Shown piece by piece: positions 12,801-48,597 of a stretch of 64,000 bases of DNA (position 1 is its first letter; each line of letters opens with the position of its first letter). A program made the translations under genes and the position numbers. Source of the stretch: Eledone cirrhosa (taxonomy: Eukaryota); contig OZ024740.1 of assembly GCA_964016885.1 (NCBI GenBank), positions 213,900,001-213,964,000 on the forward strand, given 5' to 3'. The notes beneath the pieces are model-generated. The model did no database searches. It saw only the letters and a list, made by a program, of their open reading frames with translations, and was not told the DNA's origin.

Positions 12801-15800
12801 TAAGTTGAAAATATTTTATATTTTTTTTATAACTCTATTTGTTGTTGTATGCCTGGTATCTATTTCCAACCCAAGTATTCTAAAAGTTATGGCAGTTTAT
12901 TTATTTCACCTAAATTTACTTCAGAATTTCAACTTCAGTTGGTTGAAGTGTCTTCAACAGCAGTGTTAAATTGAACAAAACCATGTAAGTTAAATATCAT
13001 TAATGGAACTCTGTTGAAGACTGTCAGATAGAGCTTTCCTGTTTTTGGATGGTACATATAATTGATTGATTTAACACCACCCACCTGGCCCATGGGTGGT
13101 TCTAGTGAAGTTTATTCTGTCACCAGTATTCAGGTTAAGTTTGCAATTTAAGAATAACTTCCTCTACCAAATTCTGAGGCCCTAAAACTCTAAAAAAAGT
13201 TCACTACCTCTGACTATAAACTATAAAATTAAAAAATTATAGGAATAAGTTCTGAGGAGCAGCCTTATTATCAAATATATTCCATCTCATCTTTGTATAT
13301 CTAAGACTACATTAGTGGAGGCACATGGCTTAGTGGTTAGAGTATTGGCCTTGCAATCGAAAGGTTGTGAGTTCAATTCTCAGACCGGGTGATGTGTTGT
13401 TTCCTTGAGCAAGACACTTTATTTCACATTGCTCCAGTTTACTCAGCTGTAGAAATGAGATGATAGGGACTCGGGTCCCTATCATTCCACTGCAAAGTGG
13501 TTGTGGAGGTGCCACGGCAAAAAAGCACCCAGCACTCACTGTAAAGTGGACGTGTAGGTGCCATGGAAAAAAAGCACCCAGCACTCACTGTAAATGAGGT
13601 TGGTGTTAGGAAGGGCATCCAACTGTAGAAATCAAGCCAGAATCAGTTCCCGTTCCACCCTTGCAAGCAGGGAAAAGCGGACGTAAAATGATGATGATGA
13701 TGACATTGTTCTATATGTCCTTCCTTTTTAAAGATAGTAGGGCATGGTTTGAGGGGGATTTTGTTGTTATTTCTAACATGTTCAGCAGTCATCTAGGGTT
13801 TACTGGTTTGTAGGGTTCAAGTTTTTTTCAAGGGTGGTATAAATAAAACAAAAAGATTTCTGTAAGAATTGAAGTTCAGTCATGATTTTTGGCTCACAGA
13901 GAATGTATGACTGTCTTGAATGACCGAGTATAAGAGGAATCAGAGGTGGTGTACAAGAGAGGAGACTCTGCTGGTGTGGGCATGTGATGTGTATGGATAG
14001 TGATTGCTGTGTGAAGAAGTACCAAAATATCCCAGTGGAAGGAAGCTGCAGTAGAGGAAGACCAAGGAAGATCTGGGTGGAGGTGGTGAGAACTGATAGC
14101 AAAATAGTGAGACTCATTAAAGAGATGATGAAGGATCAAAATGAGTGGAGAGATATGCTGAAAAGGACCTGTCCAAACCATGCGGGTGTGGAAAAACACA
14201 TAAAAACAGTGGTGGGGGTGGTGGTGGTGAATGTTGTTTACCAGATTGATTGTCAATATTGTTTTCTATTTCTCAATATTGTTTTACCTGTTTATTGTCG
14301 AAGCTAATTTTAATCAGAGATGTAAAACAATGTCTGTTTTGTTCGCAGGATTTAGAAGCTGAGATATTTAACCAGATTGAAAAGGGTCACAGTGCTGTCA
14401 TTGAAAAACTGCAAGAGAGGAGTGCAAACCTGATGAAGATTGAAGACAAATGGAAATATGAAAATGCCAGGGTAGGTTTCTGTCTTAGAATTTGAGACAG
14501 AAGAAATAACTTTCCTGTTTAATCCAAGGTCAACTCTGATCAGCAGATCTATGGTCAAAATATTTCATTCATGACCCTCCTATCTGTAGTCCTATGGTCA
14601 AAATATTTCAGTCATGACCCTCCTATCTTTAGTCCTATGGTCAAAGTATTTCATTCATGACCCCCCTATCAGCAGACCTAGGGTCAAAGTATTTCAGTTA
14701 TGACCCTCCTATCTTATTCTTAGAAATTATATTCAGGTCTTTATTGTATTCTTGAACAATTTGGAGGGATTTACAATTTTAAAATATTTCATTATTAAGA
14801 TATACCATAACTTAACTCAAGTTTTTTTTAAATTTAAAATTATGTTGGAAAGCTTAAATTTAAAAAGGAACCTTTTAAATCAAATGGTTTTGTTTCATAG
14901 AAACAGAGCTGGGTTATATGTGACTTGGGATTGAGAATGGGGTATTTAGCTAATATTTCTAGCAGGTCAGGTGACCATGTAGAAGCTCTTTCTTACTTAG
15001 CTTCATCATAAAAAACAAACTATATTAACTTTGACCAGATGTCATGTCAGAGCTGTAAAGTCTAAATCTATAACAGAGATAAATATTCATGCCTGTCAGT
15101 CTGAATAAAAACTGATACAGGGTGAGAGAGGACCTTTGAGGCCAGTAAGACAATCTCTCTATTGCTGGGGGCACAAATAAATGCACCCAGTGCTTGGTGA
15201 TAAGAAGGGCATCCAATCAGAAAAACCATGCCCAAATTATGAAAAATACAATACATATAAGAAGAATCAGAAGTAGCATGCAGGAGATAAGACAACATTG
15301 GTATGGACATGTGATGTACATGGCTGATGAGTGCTGGGTGAAGAAGTGCCAGGAATTGCCAGTAGAAGGAAGCAGCGATAAAGGAAGACCAAGGAAGACT
15401 TGGGCAGAGGTGGTGAGAGCTGATCTCAAATTTCTGAAACTCACAGAGATAATGATGAAGGAGCACAGTATGTGGAGAGATGCTGTGCTGTAAAGGACCC
15501 ATCCAACCCATGCAAGCATGGAAAAATGGATGTAAAAACGATGATAATGATGATACTATTAATTATCAATTATGGTTTATAAAGGAGAACTAATGACGAT
15601 TTCAAACATTTTATTTTTTTAGGCTGCCGTTAGACTCTGTATTGAACTTGGGGACCCCGCTCTTGTGATTGATATGTTAAGTGTAATGAATAGTAAAAAG
15701 TAAGTAACTGCCCTTCTTGACAGTTTCTGTTTTAGCGCGTCTATTGTTGACCGAATATTTTTTATTATTAACTTCAAGGCCCAAAGATTTTAACTTTAAA

Positions 15801-18080
15801 TCATCTCTTGTGTCTTGAAGCATTTATATTTTTGTATTAGTCCTTTGATGTTGTTTTCAATTGGAAAGTTATATGACAAGGAAAACTATCCAAAATTACG
15901 TTTCGGAGTTAATTCCCTTAGACATATTTACATCTTCAAGAAGATGCCTCACCTTTGGTGAACATAGTCTTGGCCAGGAGGTGTTGATGTCATCAGTGTC
16001 CAATGTTCATTGGGTGTTTCAACTCTCATCAGTAACACCTTCTTGCTGGAGGGTCAGCAGTGGTGACCAAATTACTGTCCATCTTCACCTCCTGCTTCCA
16101 GCTTATCTCCGCTCTCCTGCTCCAAAGCTAACATGAGGCCCTTTCTGTTGCCTCCTGCAAACTGCAGCCTTCTCTTCTTCCTGTCATTCTAATGGCAGTG
16201 AGTATTCTCCATTCTGCGGTATTAGAGTTATTTCCCTTACATCGGTGTCTGAACATCATTTTTTCTTTTACATCGTATTGTTCAGTTTTTACAAGTGTTA
16301 AAGCAAGGAAATATCTGTAAATTGTGCTTACAGTCTTTGGGAAATATATTTTCTATAGAAACTTCTTTTATGTTCCTTATGTTAACAGAGGCTAGTGTGG
16401 AAAATGGACGTTAGATGCTGTTGCTGATGTTACTAGTATTAGTGTATATTTAATATCCAAACTACAAATATTTTGATTCAAATTTCTAATCTGGCTTGGT
16501 CTTTCATTTCAGGGATTTATGGAATTTAGATCTGTGTACATTAATCAGTCCGAAGCTAGTTGACCTCATCACCAGTCCACACAAACGGTAACTACTTTAC
16601 TGTTAATATTTTATCTGTCTCTCTTGTTTAGTTGTAAATATTATATCAATAATTCTGTTGCAATATATTACAGGTATGTTGAGACTGTCTGTGGTACTCT
16701 GAAGCTGATGCTGGAAACATTTGGACCTTTACTAAAATCTTGTCTAAATCCAGCTGCTGGAATTGGTGTTGATATTACTGCAGAAGAAAGGTATATATAT
16801 TTTATATTATCATATCAGTGTTAGTAAGAAGTTTAGAGAGCTACTCCCACTGCTGACAACAAAAAGTTTCTCCCTGTGTAGAAAAGAACGACTGTTTTAT
16901 ACCTATGTGTGAAGTGCGATGCTGCATGAGAGTGAAACATGGGCAGTGACTGCAGAAGATATGCCTAGACTGGAGAGAAATGAAGCATCCATGTTTCGTT
17001 GAGTGTACAATGTAAATGTGAGAGAAAGGCTGAGGGAGAAGCTGGGTTTAAAAGGAATCTGCAGTGGTGTGCAAGAGAGAAGACTGCATTGGTACGGACG
17101 TGATGCATATGGGTGAAGAAATGCCAGTGGAAGGAAGCTGGGCAGAGGTTGTGAGAGCAGACCTTAAAGATGACGACGAAGGAACGCAACAAGTGGAGAG
17201 ATGCCAGGCTGAGAAGGACCCGCCCAACCTGTGCAAGCATGGAAAAACAGACATAAAAAACGATGAGGATGTTAAAAAAGTGCTCAGTTCACTGTAAATG
17301 TGGTTGGTGCTAGGAAGTGCATCTAGCCATAGAAATCAAGCTAGAAACAGTTCTGTATGAGCAAGACATGTTCATCTGATCTGACTTGTCTCACAACAGG
17401 ACAACTCATCTTACGCATGCTAGTGTGGAAAAATGGACATTAAACTTTTCTTTCTCCCAGTAACAAATGTGTAGCTACCTTTACCAGACTACAGTGCCTC
17501 CTGTCACTCATATTGCTTCCCTCTATGTTCTGCTATGGATATAAAAACCTCCCTGGTGTTGGTGCCACAATAAAATACACCCAGAACACTCTGTAAGTGG
17601 TAGTGCTGGTGCCACAATAAAATACACCCAGTACACTCGCAGTAGTACCAGTGCCATGATAAAATGTACTCAGTAAATTCTGTAAAGTGGCTGGTATTAG
17701 GAAAAGTATCCATTTGTAGAGACCACACCAAAAATGGAATGTTTGAGCAAGACATGGTTCACTGACCCAGTTAGACTTGGGACCATAATAACCTGTCCAA
17801 CCCATGCCAACTTGGGAAAGAGCATGATGTGGTTCACTGCCCCAGCTAGACTTGGACCGTAATAACTTGTCCAACGCATGCCAAGTAGACTTAAATGCCA
17901 TTGATATTACTTTTATTTCTTTATATTGATTTTTGTTCACTTTTGTTTTTCAGGATGAATAAATGTGAAGTTATTAATGGAAATCTTGATCAGATCAAAG
18001 TAATTATAGACAAAATGCAGGTTACAGGTCAATTAGACGATGGATTAAAAGAAGTTCGGATTTTGGTAGAGACACTGTGA
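9793..18080 (+). CDS. KATNB1: Katanin p80 family protein (KATNB1 or KATNBL1-like), 3' part; join 9793-9848,10525-10727,12732-12799,14349-14471,15623-15699,16513-16587,16674-16790,17954-18080
   Basis: Spliced frame of 281 aa; all introns GT-AG with matching phases. C-terminus (QIEKGHSAV..., DLWNLDLCT, YVETVCGTLKLML, GIGVDITAEERMNKC) matches the katanin p80 con80 domain as I recall it. No WD40 exons seen, so KATNB1 vs KATNBL1 is unresolved. Confidence 0.85.
10525..10727 (+). CDS. KATNB1: Katanin p80 family exon (PALDRKKQF...SDHKCNN)
   Basis: TTCTAG/GTAAGT; open for 67 codons, phase 2 to 1. Confidence 0.75.
10790..11510. repeat. ~38-42-bp minisatellite with a 158-bp 4-mer higher-order unit
   Basis: Unit ~CACACTGAGACTAAACTGGTATAGGTTGGACAGTGGTCAT; variant AATGGTCGAC recurs at 10993, 11151 and 11309. 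Confidence 0.93.
11860..12370 (+). mobile_element. Degenerate 3' fragment of a Tx1/L1-like LINE
   Basis: Broken frame MVKEVVW*...FRFHLKRKIRVERE...VERWVREA resembles the ORF at 61787-62131; ends in (TTA)n. Confidence 0.65.
12372..12700 (+). mobile_element. SINE family A, full copy plus tandem 3' partial copy
   Basis: GGGCGATGGATTGGCAGTATTGG head; second copy from ~12597 (AATCCCGCTGAGGTTAAC...GTAGAAAC). Confidence 0.8.
12732..12799 (+). CDS. KATNB1: Katanin p80 family exon (ISNNREQLKPQSKVSPKLLGGG)
   Basis: CTTTAG/GTAAGT; phase 1 to 0 links the flanking exons. Confidence 0.75.
13317..13703 (+). mobile_element. tRNA-derived SINE, family B, with RTE-like (GAT)n tail
   Basis: Box A TGGCTTAGTGG, box B GAGTTCAATTC, body CCTTGAGCAAGACACTTTATTTCAC; closely similar copies at 45873-46300 (-) and 55994-56330 (+). 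Confidence 0.88.
13900..14205 (+). mobile_element. RTE-type LINE 3' fragment
   Basis: Encodes RRLCWCGHVMCMD...VEGSCSRGRPRKIW, typical of RTE ORF C-termini. Confidence 0.75.
14349..14471 (+). CDS. KATNB1: Katanin p80 con80-domain exon (DLEAEIFNQIEKGHSAV...ENAR)
   Basis: TCGCAG/GTAGGT; 41 codons. Confidence 0.9.
14548..14716. repeat. Short tandem amplification (~43-bp unit, about 4 copies)
   Basis: CTATGGTCAAAATATTTCATTCATGACCCTCCTATC repeated. Confidence 0.75.
15260..15555 (+). mobile_element. RTE-type LINE 3' fragment
   Basis: HWYGHVMYMADECWVKKCQELPVEGSSDKGRPRKTW, then CATGCAAGCATGGAAAA and a GAT tail. Confidence 0.78.
15623..15699 (+). CDS. KATNB1: Katanin p80 con80 exon (AAVRLCIELGDPALVIDMLSVMNSK)
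   Basis: TTTTAG/GTAAGT; phase 0 to 2. Confidence 0.9.
16513..16587 (+). CDS. KATNB1: Katanin p80 con80 exon (DLWNLDLCTLISPKLVDLITSPHK)
   Basis: TTTCAG/GTAACT; LWxLDLC motif. Confidence 0.92.
16674..16790 (+). CDS. KATNB1: Katanin p80 con80 exon (YVETVCGTLKLML...GVDITAEE)
   Basis: TTACAG/GTATAT; GVDIxxEER motif. Confidence 0.92.
16825..17445 (+). mobile_element. RTE LINE 3' fragment followed by a SINE tail
   Basis: LHESETWAVTAED..RLERNEAS-like frames; then GTGGTTGGTGCTAGGAAG...GGAAAAATGGAC. Confidence 0.7.
17954..18080 (+). CDS. KATNB1: Katanin p80 terminal coding exon (MNKCEVING...RILVETL*)
   Basis: TTTCAG acceptor; TGA at 18078-18080. Confidence 0.9.
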
Positions 18081-20809
18081 TGACAAAGTATTATCCATTG
18101 TTGGAGATTACACTTGGTTAGTAAGAAATGCAATGTAAGACTGAAAACTTGCTCTTGGTCCCCACTTGAAAAATGAAGTGGAATTATTTTGTTTCACTTG
18201 AAAGGAAAAAAGTGGAAATGAATTTTATTTTAAATTTAAAGAATGGACAAAATCATTATATATTGGATCAACAAGTGCTTTAACAAATTACCATCTTTCT
18301 CTGCTCTGTCTTTGATCTGGAAAATGTTTCTTTAGATGTATACTCACCCTTATGTATACAGTGTTGTAGTTACCTATGACCAAACTCCATCTTTGATAAC
18401 TATTTACACAATATTTCAAAAATGTTGCCAAGCTATACTTTTAATTGCTACATTCTCAATAGTTTTCCCCACCCCGCATATTTCTTCGTAAAGATTCGTG
18501 CAGATTTCTTTTGTTGCGATGACAGTTGGGAACCAATTTCTACTTAGGGTTCATTAAAATGAATCGAAAAGTATTCTGTCAAGTGAAGATGTACATCAAA
18601 TAATTGCAGACATAACTGTTGTTGTGTACAAAGCCAGCACTGCCACACCAGGCAATTTCATTTTGTGGCCTTTTTAAGCTATGGACATGCAGATTGAGGT
18701 GGATGTGGATGGGATAGTGGCTTAAAAAAAACCTCAAAGCAAACAATTTTCGATTCTGACTAGATACTCTCTTTTTCTCTCCATCAAATAAATCTGTTTT
18801 CTTCAGAAGTTGGACACCTTTTTACAATTGATCTAAGCATAACAATTAAGTTACCTGTATAGCATGAAAGGAAATAGATTCCACTCCTATACTGCCTCCC
18901 TAAAAAACACAAAATTCCAGTTGGTTACACATTCTCTGATCTCAGTAAGGGGCAGTCACACTTGTTAATGTCGATCCTTGATAATGAAAAGGAATTTCAG
19001 ATTATCATTTTTTTTTAGTACAGAAATAAATGTAAAATACAGACAAAAGTTATAAAAACTCAATAAATGTAAATCAGGCAAAAGCTATTAAAAAACAATA
19101 ACAAGATGTGTGTGTGTGTGTGTTCAACTTTATTTCCGTGTTTTAACTTTGTACAAAGCAAATGTTGACATTTTATCAATATGCTGAGTTATTGAAGTGA
19201 ATTCAATAAATAAATAAAATGGGACTATTTCACTCATACACTGACTAGATTCAGAATATATAACTTATTATCACCTGCCTCTAGTTAAAATAAATAAAAC
19301 AATTTTAAAAAATCGTATTAAGCAATATTTTTTTCTATAGAAGTTGAATTCACAGTTTTTAAGTCTCAAGAAATAAACTACATTTAATACTTCCAGCTTT
19401 AAAGGTCATTGGGATGAATCTCAAAACCTTTTGGGGCTCTATAACAACCTGGGAGTATTTCTGTTAAAGGTGCAGTTGAGCTTAGTCTTATAGTGGAAGT
19501 ACAATTTAATGAAATAAGTCATAGCCTACAAGTTGAGAAGCTACCATTGGGTTGGTCGAGAGTTTAATAGCTTGCTAAAAGCTGCTGACATCAATGTCAG
19601 TGAAGCATGTTTTATAATGCAATTTAATAAGCTTACATTATTTAAGTAATATTTACAATATAAGGAATACTAGACTGTTGAAAGAGTATATATATATATT
19701 CAGCTTTATCTTATATAAATGACAATGAAAATTAAATTACTTTTCACAGGTATTTTTCTTCTGAAATGTCTAATCTGAATGTTTTATAAAGCTAGCTTAT
19801 TTCAAATTCACCTGCACTGTAATTACAATTTCAGCAGTATGAGTGTCTTCTTTCTCAATGTTATCACAAGCCAAATAAATGTGGCAATTGAGAGATTATA
19901 GGAATAGTTTTTTAAAAGATAGATCAATAAGTTTAAAAAAAGATGTTTTTTTTTTTTTTTTTAAATGTTTCATGATAAGGGATCTTTAAAATAATTTTAA
20001 AATTTAGTTTCTTCAACATAATTTCAAATATTTGAGATAAAAATTATCAAAATTTTGTGTCTGGAAATTGAAGGTAAGTGAAAGTAAATACAATAGTTTT
20101 ATATTGCAGCGTAAGTTGGAATGGCCTTAATCTCTTTATTGTAGAAAGGAAAATACCAAAGCCACTTCAATCTTTTCAATCACTTTTACAACCAATAGGA
20201 TATTTTTATAGGTATTAATTAAAAATAACATTTATTAGAAATTTATTTAATTTATAATAGCTAACTTAAAAGAAAAATATTGAAATGATGTGTTATATTA
20301 CAAAAAAAAAAAAAATCAATGACTACAGAAGAAATATTTTACCTGTAAATACAGGTAAAATGTTTAGAATCATTGGAATTGTGAAACTAAACTCAATGAA
20401 ATACAAACTTTTTCTGTTTCATTGAATTCTTTCAGTGAGATGTAATAGAAAAGAAAGGTTTTAGATAGAAATTAATGAATTTCTAATCTAATCATTTTCA
20501 TTAAATTGACATTTTGGGTTTTTAAGGGGTCAGGTAACAGAGGAAAGTGATCATAATCACTGACTTCAACCTAAATCTAATATACCAGATAGGGTGAAGG
20601 GGGAAGCATTTGAATGTTTTTTTTTCCCTTTAAATATTCACACAAGTGATACACAATTTTTTCAGTTTTACATTCGTTTAGGGTGGAAACCAAAATAGAG
20701 CAGCAGGATTTTCCTCAGTTCTTGTTAAAAGAAAGCACAACAATCCTCAAAACAAGTTCTTTAATATATATTATATATGGTCTGTCTTTCTGAAAGATGG
20801 CAGTTCACC

Positions 20810-44355
<23,546 letters not shown>

Positions 44356-45801
44356 CTGAAAAATACATAAATGAAAATAAAATGTCAGAATGTTCTTGTT
44401 ATGAAGACAGTTAACATTTTGAAAGGGAGGTGAATTGAATTTGCAACAAACAAAACACACACAAAATGCCAGCATCAACAGTTTTCCAAGAGATGGCAAC
44501 ATGAATGGATCTATTATTTTTTTCTAATTCTGCCCATCTCCTCAATCTTTCTATTTTCTCATTTTTTCTTCTGATGAAAGTCTGAAATGTTAAGACTCTT
44601 TTCCTACTATATCAAGTGTAAAACTAATAATATACTAACCCATGCTAGCATGAAAGATAGATGTTAAACGGTGATGATGATACTTCTTCATTGTACTGTG
44701 TCGTTTGCCTTGTTATTTCTGTTTGCCTTTTGTGTTTATATATATATATATAACAAAGAACAAAGAGGGTGTGGTAAGATACCAGGTGGACCATAATGCA
44801 CCAAAATACTCAATACTTAGGGTAGTAGAGTGGGTAATAGGAAAAGAGTCAGGACCCCAACGGTTGAGCTCCAGCCGTTTCGGCAGCTAGATCAGAACGA
44901 AGCCACCAGTTCGGATCTAGCTGTCGGAACGGCCGGAGTGCTGATTCTTTTCTTTTATATATATGTATATATATATATAAAATGATACGAAATTGGGATA
45001 ATATCTTCAGAGATTCTTTGAACCATTTCTTCTGACTACTATGAGAATATTTTCCATGGTTCAGCTTGCCATAGTCTAATATATAGGTTTGATAAAATCC
45101 CTGACTCTAAAATTTTCTCAAGAACAGGCTTCCTAATTCAGTTCTACGTTTGTTAGCAGACCATTATCAGACTTAGTGATGAGGAGCAAGGATATTGTGA
45201 ATGTATCAAATGTTAGAACATTGGATAGAGTACTTTGTGGTATTTGTTTCAGCTTTCTGCTCTCTGAGTTCAAATCCCACCGAGGTCAACTTTGCCTTTC
45301 ATCCATTCAAGGTTGATAAAAAAAAGTACCAGTCTAGGACTGGTGTCAATTCCTCCTCTATATCTCTTTCTTACTTTCTCTCACTCTCTATCCTTCTGTG
45401 GAAGAAATTTGCTGTGTTCAGACCTGGAGAAGGAGATGGGATCCACAAGGTTTAAAACTGCCCTAGTAATGCTGTACATCAATGTGGCACTCCTACAACT
45501 CCTTCCAGAGTTACAGGACCATACATAACTACATACATATTTTACACAGCTGACTCTCCAGTAAAGAGTAAAGTTACTGTTGAACACTCTTTTGATGTTC
45601 TATTGCATCTATAGTATCTTGGTCAGCCTAAGAACCATTCAGCCGACCCTCGTATTATATGTCAGTCACAAATAATCTATTACTGATCAATATTTCTAGA
45701 TAAACATTATTGTTGTGGAAACCAGTGATGCTAATTAGGAATACAATAGGAAGAAAAACACTTTAGAAGAATTAGAAGTGATTTGATACAAAACTGGTTA
45801 T

Positions 45802-46446
45802 TTAACCCTTTAGCATTTACATTACTCTATATTTACTATTGTATTTTTACAGTAAACACTTTATTTCACATATTTATCATCATCATCACCGTTTTACGTC
45901 CGTTCTTCCACACTAGCATGGGTTAGACAGGTTGTCCTGTTGTGGGCAGTATCAGGTCGGCTGACCTTGTCTTGCTCATACGGGAACTGATTCTGGCTTG
46001 ATTTCTACAGCTGGATGCCCTTCCTAACACCAACCTCATTTACAGTGAGTGCTGGGTGCTTTTTTTCCGTGGCGCCTACACGTCCACTTTACAGTGTGGG
46101 CTGGGTGTTTTTTTGCCGTGGCACCTCCACTTTGCAGTGGAATGATAGGGACCCCAGTCCTATCATCTCATTTCTACAGCTGAGTAAACTGGAGCAATGT
46201 GAAATAAAGTGTCTTGCTCAAGGAAACAACACATCACCCGTTCCGAGAATTGAACTCACAACCTTTTGATTGCAAGCCCAATGCTCTAACCACTAAGCGA
46301 TCACATAATATCGAATCTACGTGATTTTGATATTATTCATTTTGAGAACAATACCTTAACATGAGCAGTTAGTTATAGCCAGTTTGAATAGAAAGAGGTG
46401 AGAGAATTCTGGCTGGATACAGCCAGTTTAAATGCTAAAGGATTAA
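45802..46446 (+). mobile_element. piggyBac-type MITE carrying a nested family B SINE (45873-46300, -)
   Basis: TTAACCCTTTAGCATTTA...TAAATGCTAAAGGATTAA; SINE flanked by TCACATA duplication (45866 and 46301). Confidence 0.88.
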
Positions 46447-47954
46447 AATAGTGAATGCCACTAAATTAGAAAATGTCTGTATATTCTGTTTGTAATAAGA
46501 TGAGGCTAGAGGTAATTAGAGTAATTAACTTCTCCAAGCAATAAATAGAAATGAAGCAAAATCGGAATTGAAATAGGGTTACAGTAACTTATAGTGCTAT
46601 TGATTGCCCACATAAATATAATTTATTTATATCTTATCTGAAAATGATATTAAATTTGCTAATTTAGATAATTTAAGACTGACTGCAAATGGAAACAGTA
46701 CAACTTGATATCACATCACTCTGGTTCTCTGCAAATCCCCCTTTTCTCATTTGTTATCTAAAAATAATCTTTAATTTATATCACACTTTAAAGATGAGGA
46801 GTTACCATAGGTAACAAATATTTTCATGAGATGGGAAATGTTTTTTAAGAAAGGCAATTTGAAAATTAATTAGAAAATGTTTTCTAAGGAAAGCAATTTA
46901 AAAATTAATTAGAAAATCTATTTTATATTGGTGAAAGAGAAAATTACTTTTTCATGCTGTTGTTCATTTAATTATACCATGCACTGTACAGTATTATGTT
47001 TCATAGAAACACTCTGAACAGACTAGCATTTAAATGCAACGAGGGAAATATTTCTAACAGTAAAACAGTCATGTCCCTGAACTTCTTCAAGCTATACAAA
47101 ATCTGTAACTATATAAGTTGTCCTACTTTCAATGTTTGGAAAATCTTTGCACAAATGACTTGCATTTCATTGTTGTGGTTTATGGTTTACTCTTATAAAC
47201 ATATAAACAGCCTGCTCTACTTGCTCAACATTTAAAGAAAAAAAAATCATAATAAATAAACTGTGTTACTTTTTATAGTGATTTTGACAATAATAATGTG
47301 AAATATGGTTGTGGTGGTTGATGTTTAACCCCGCCCAGCTCAGCCAAGATTGAACAGATATATGATCAAAGCTGTTCTAGCTGAGACACCAAGAGTCCAA
47401 TTATCCAAATGTATCCTTCTTTACTTAGGATAATATGAGGTGATTTGGAGATCTGTCTGCTATTTCTAACAGGTTAAATAACCACATAATCTTTGGTGGT
47501 GGTGGACTATTTTGACCAAATATCTCTAGTTGTTTTGTCATCTTACTTTTTCAAAATGCAGAGTAATGTCCTATCCTTGACCTGAAAACTTAAATATACT
47601 GTGCAGACACACAATGAAACACCTGTAATGGATGTAAACCAAACACCTATGTGATAGTTGCTCAATAGCTTCTTTAGATAGCAATTACATCTCAGTATAT
47701 ACACACACACACATGAGCCAACAAAGGAAACCTCTACATCTAAGCTCGACTTGCTAGAAATAGTAGCTAAATGTCCATCAAATCCCACCTTTCTGTCTTA
47801 TGTTAGTTTGATAAAATACAGGAGCATAGCTGGGTATATCTGTTAGTATATGATATGAGAAAGACTGAATCCAAACTAACAAAGTCGTTAGACATAAGAA
47901 GTGATATTAAATATTAACAGATATTTGTTCCATGTTTTACAATTTCAAGATCTC

Positions 47955-48597
47955 ATGTAGGATTAAGATGACTGGAGTGATCCTCATGAGATGAGGTGAT
48001 GTAGGATTAAGATGACTGGAGTGATCCTCATGAGATGAGGTGATGTAGGATTAGGAACACTGGAGTGATCCTCATGAGATGAGGTGATGTAGGATTAAGA
48101 TGACTGGAGTGATCCTCATGAGATGAGGTGATGTAGGATTAAGATGACTGGAGTGATCCTCATGAGATGAGGTGATGTAGGATTAGGAACACTGGAGTGA
48201 TCCTCATGAGATGATGTGATGTAGGATTAAGATGACTGGAGTGATCCTCATGAGATGAGGTGATGTAGGATTAAGATGACTGGAGTGATCCTCATGAGAT
48301 GAGGTGATGTAGGATTAGGAACACTGGAGTGATCCTCATGAGATGAGGTGATGTAGGATTAAGATGACTGGAGTGATCCTCATGAGATGAGGTGATGTAG
48401 GATTAGGAACACTGGAGTGATCCTCATGAGATGAGGTGATGTAGGATTAAGATGACTGGAGTGATCCTCATGAGATGAGGTGATGTAGGATTAGGAACAC
48501 TGGAGTGATCCTCATGAGATGAGGTGATGTAGGATTAAGATGACTGGAGTGATCCTCATGAGATGAGGTGATGTAGGATTAGGAACACTGGAGTGAT
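47955..48597. repeat. 44-bp minisatellite, ~15 copies, two variants ordered (AAB)x3 then (AB)x3
   Basis: Unit GTAGGATT[AAGATGA/AGGAACA]CTGGAGTGATCCTCATGAGATGAGGTGAT. Confidence 0.95.

Noticed and set aside
44571-44600. CTGATGA...GAAA hammerhead-like motif
   Set aside because: Stem II essentially absent and stems I/III not convincing; at most a decayed relic.
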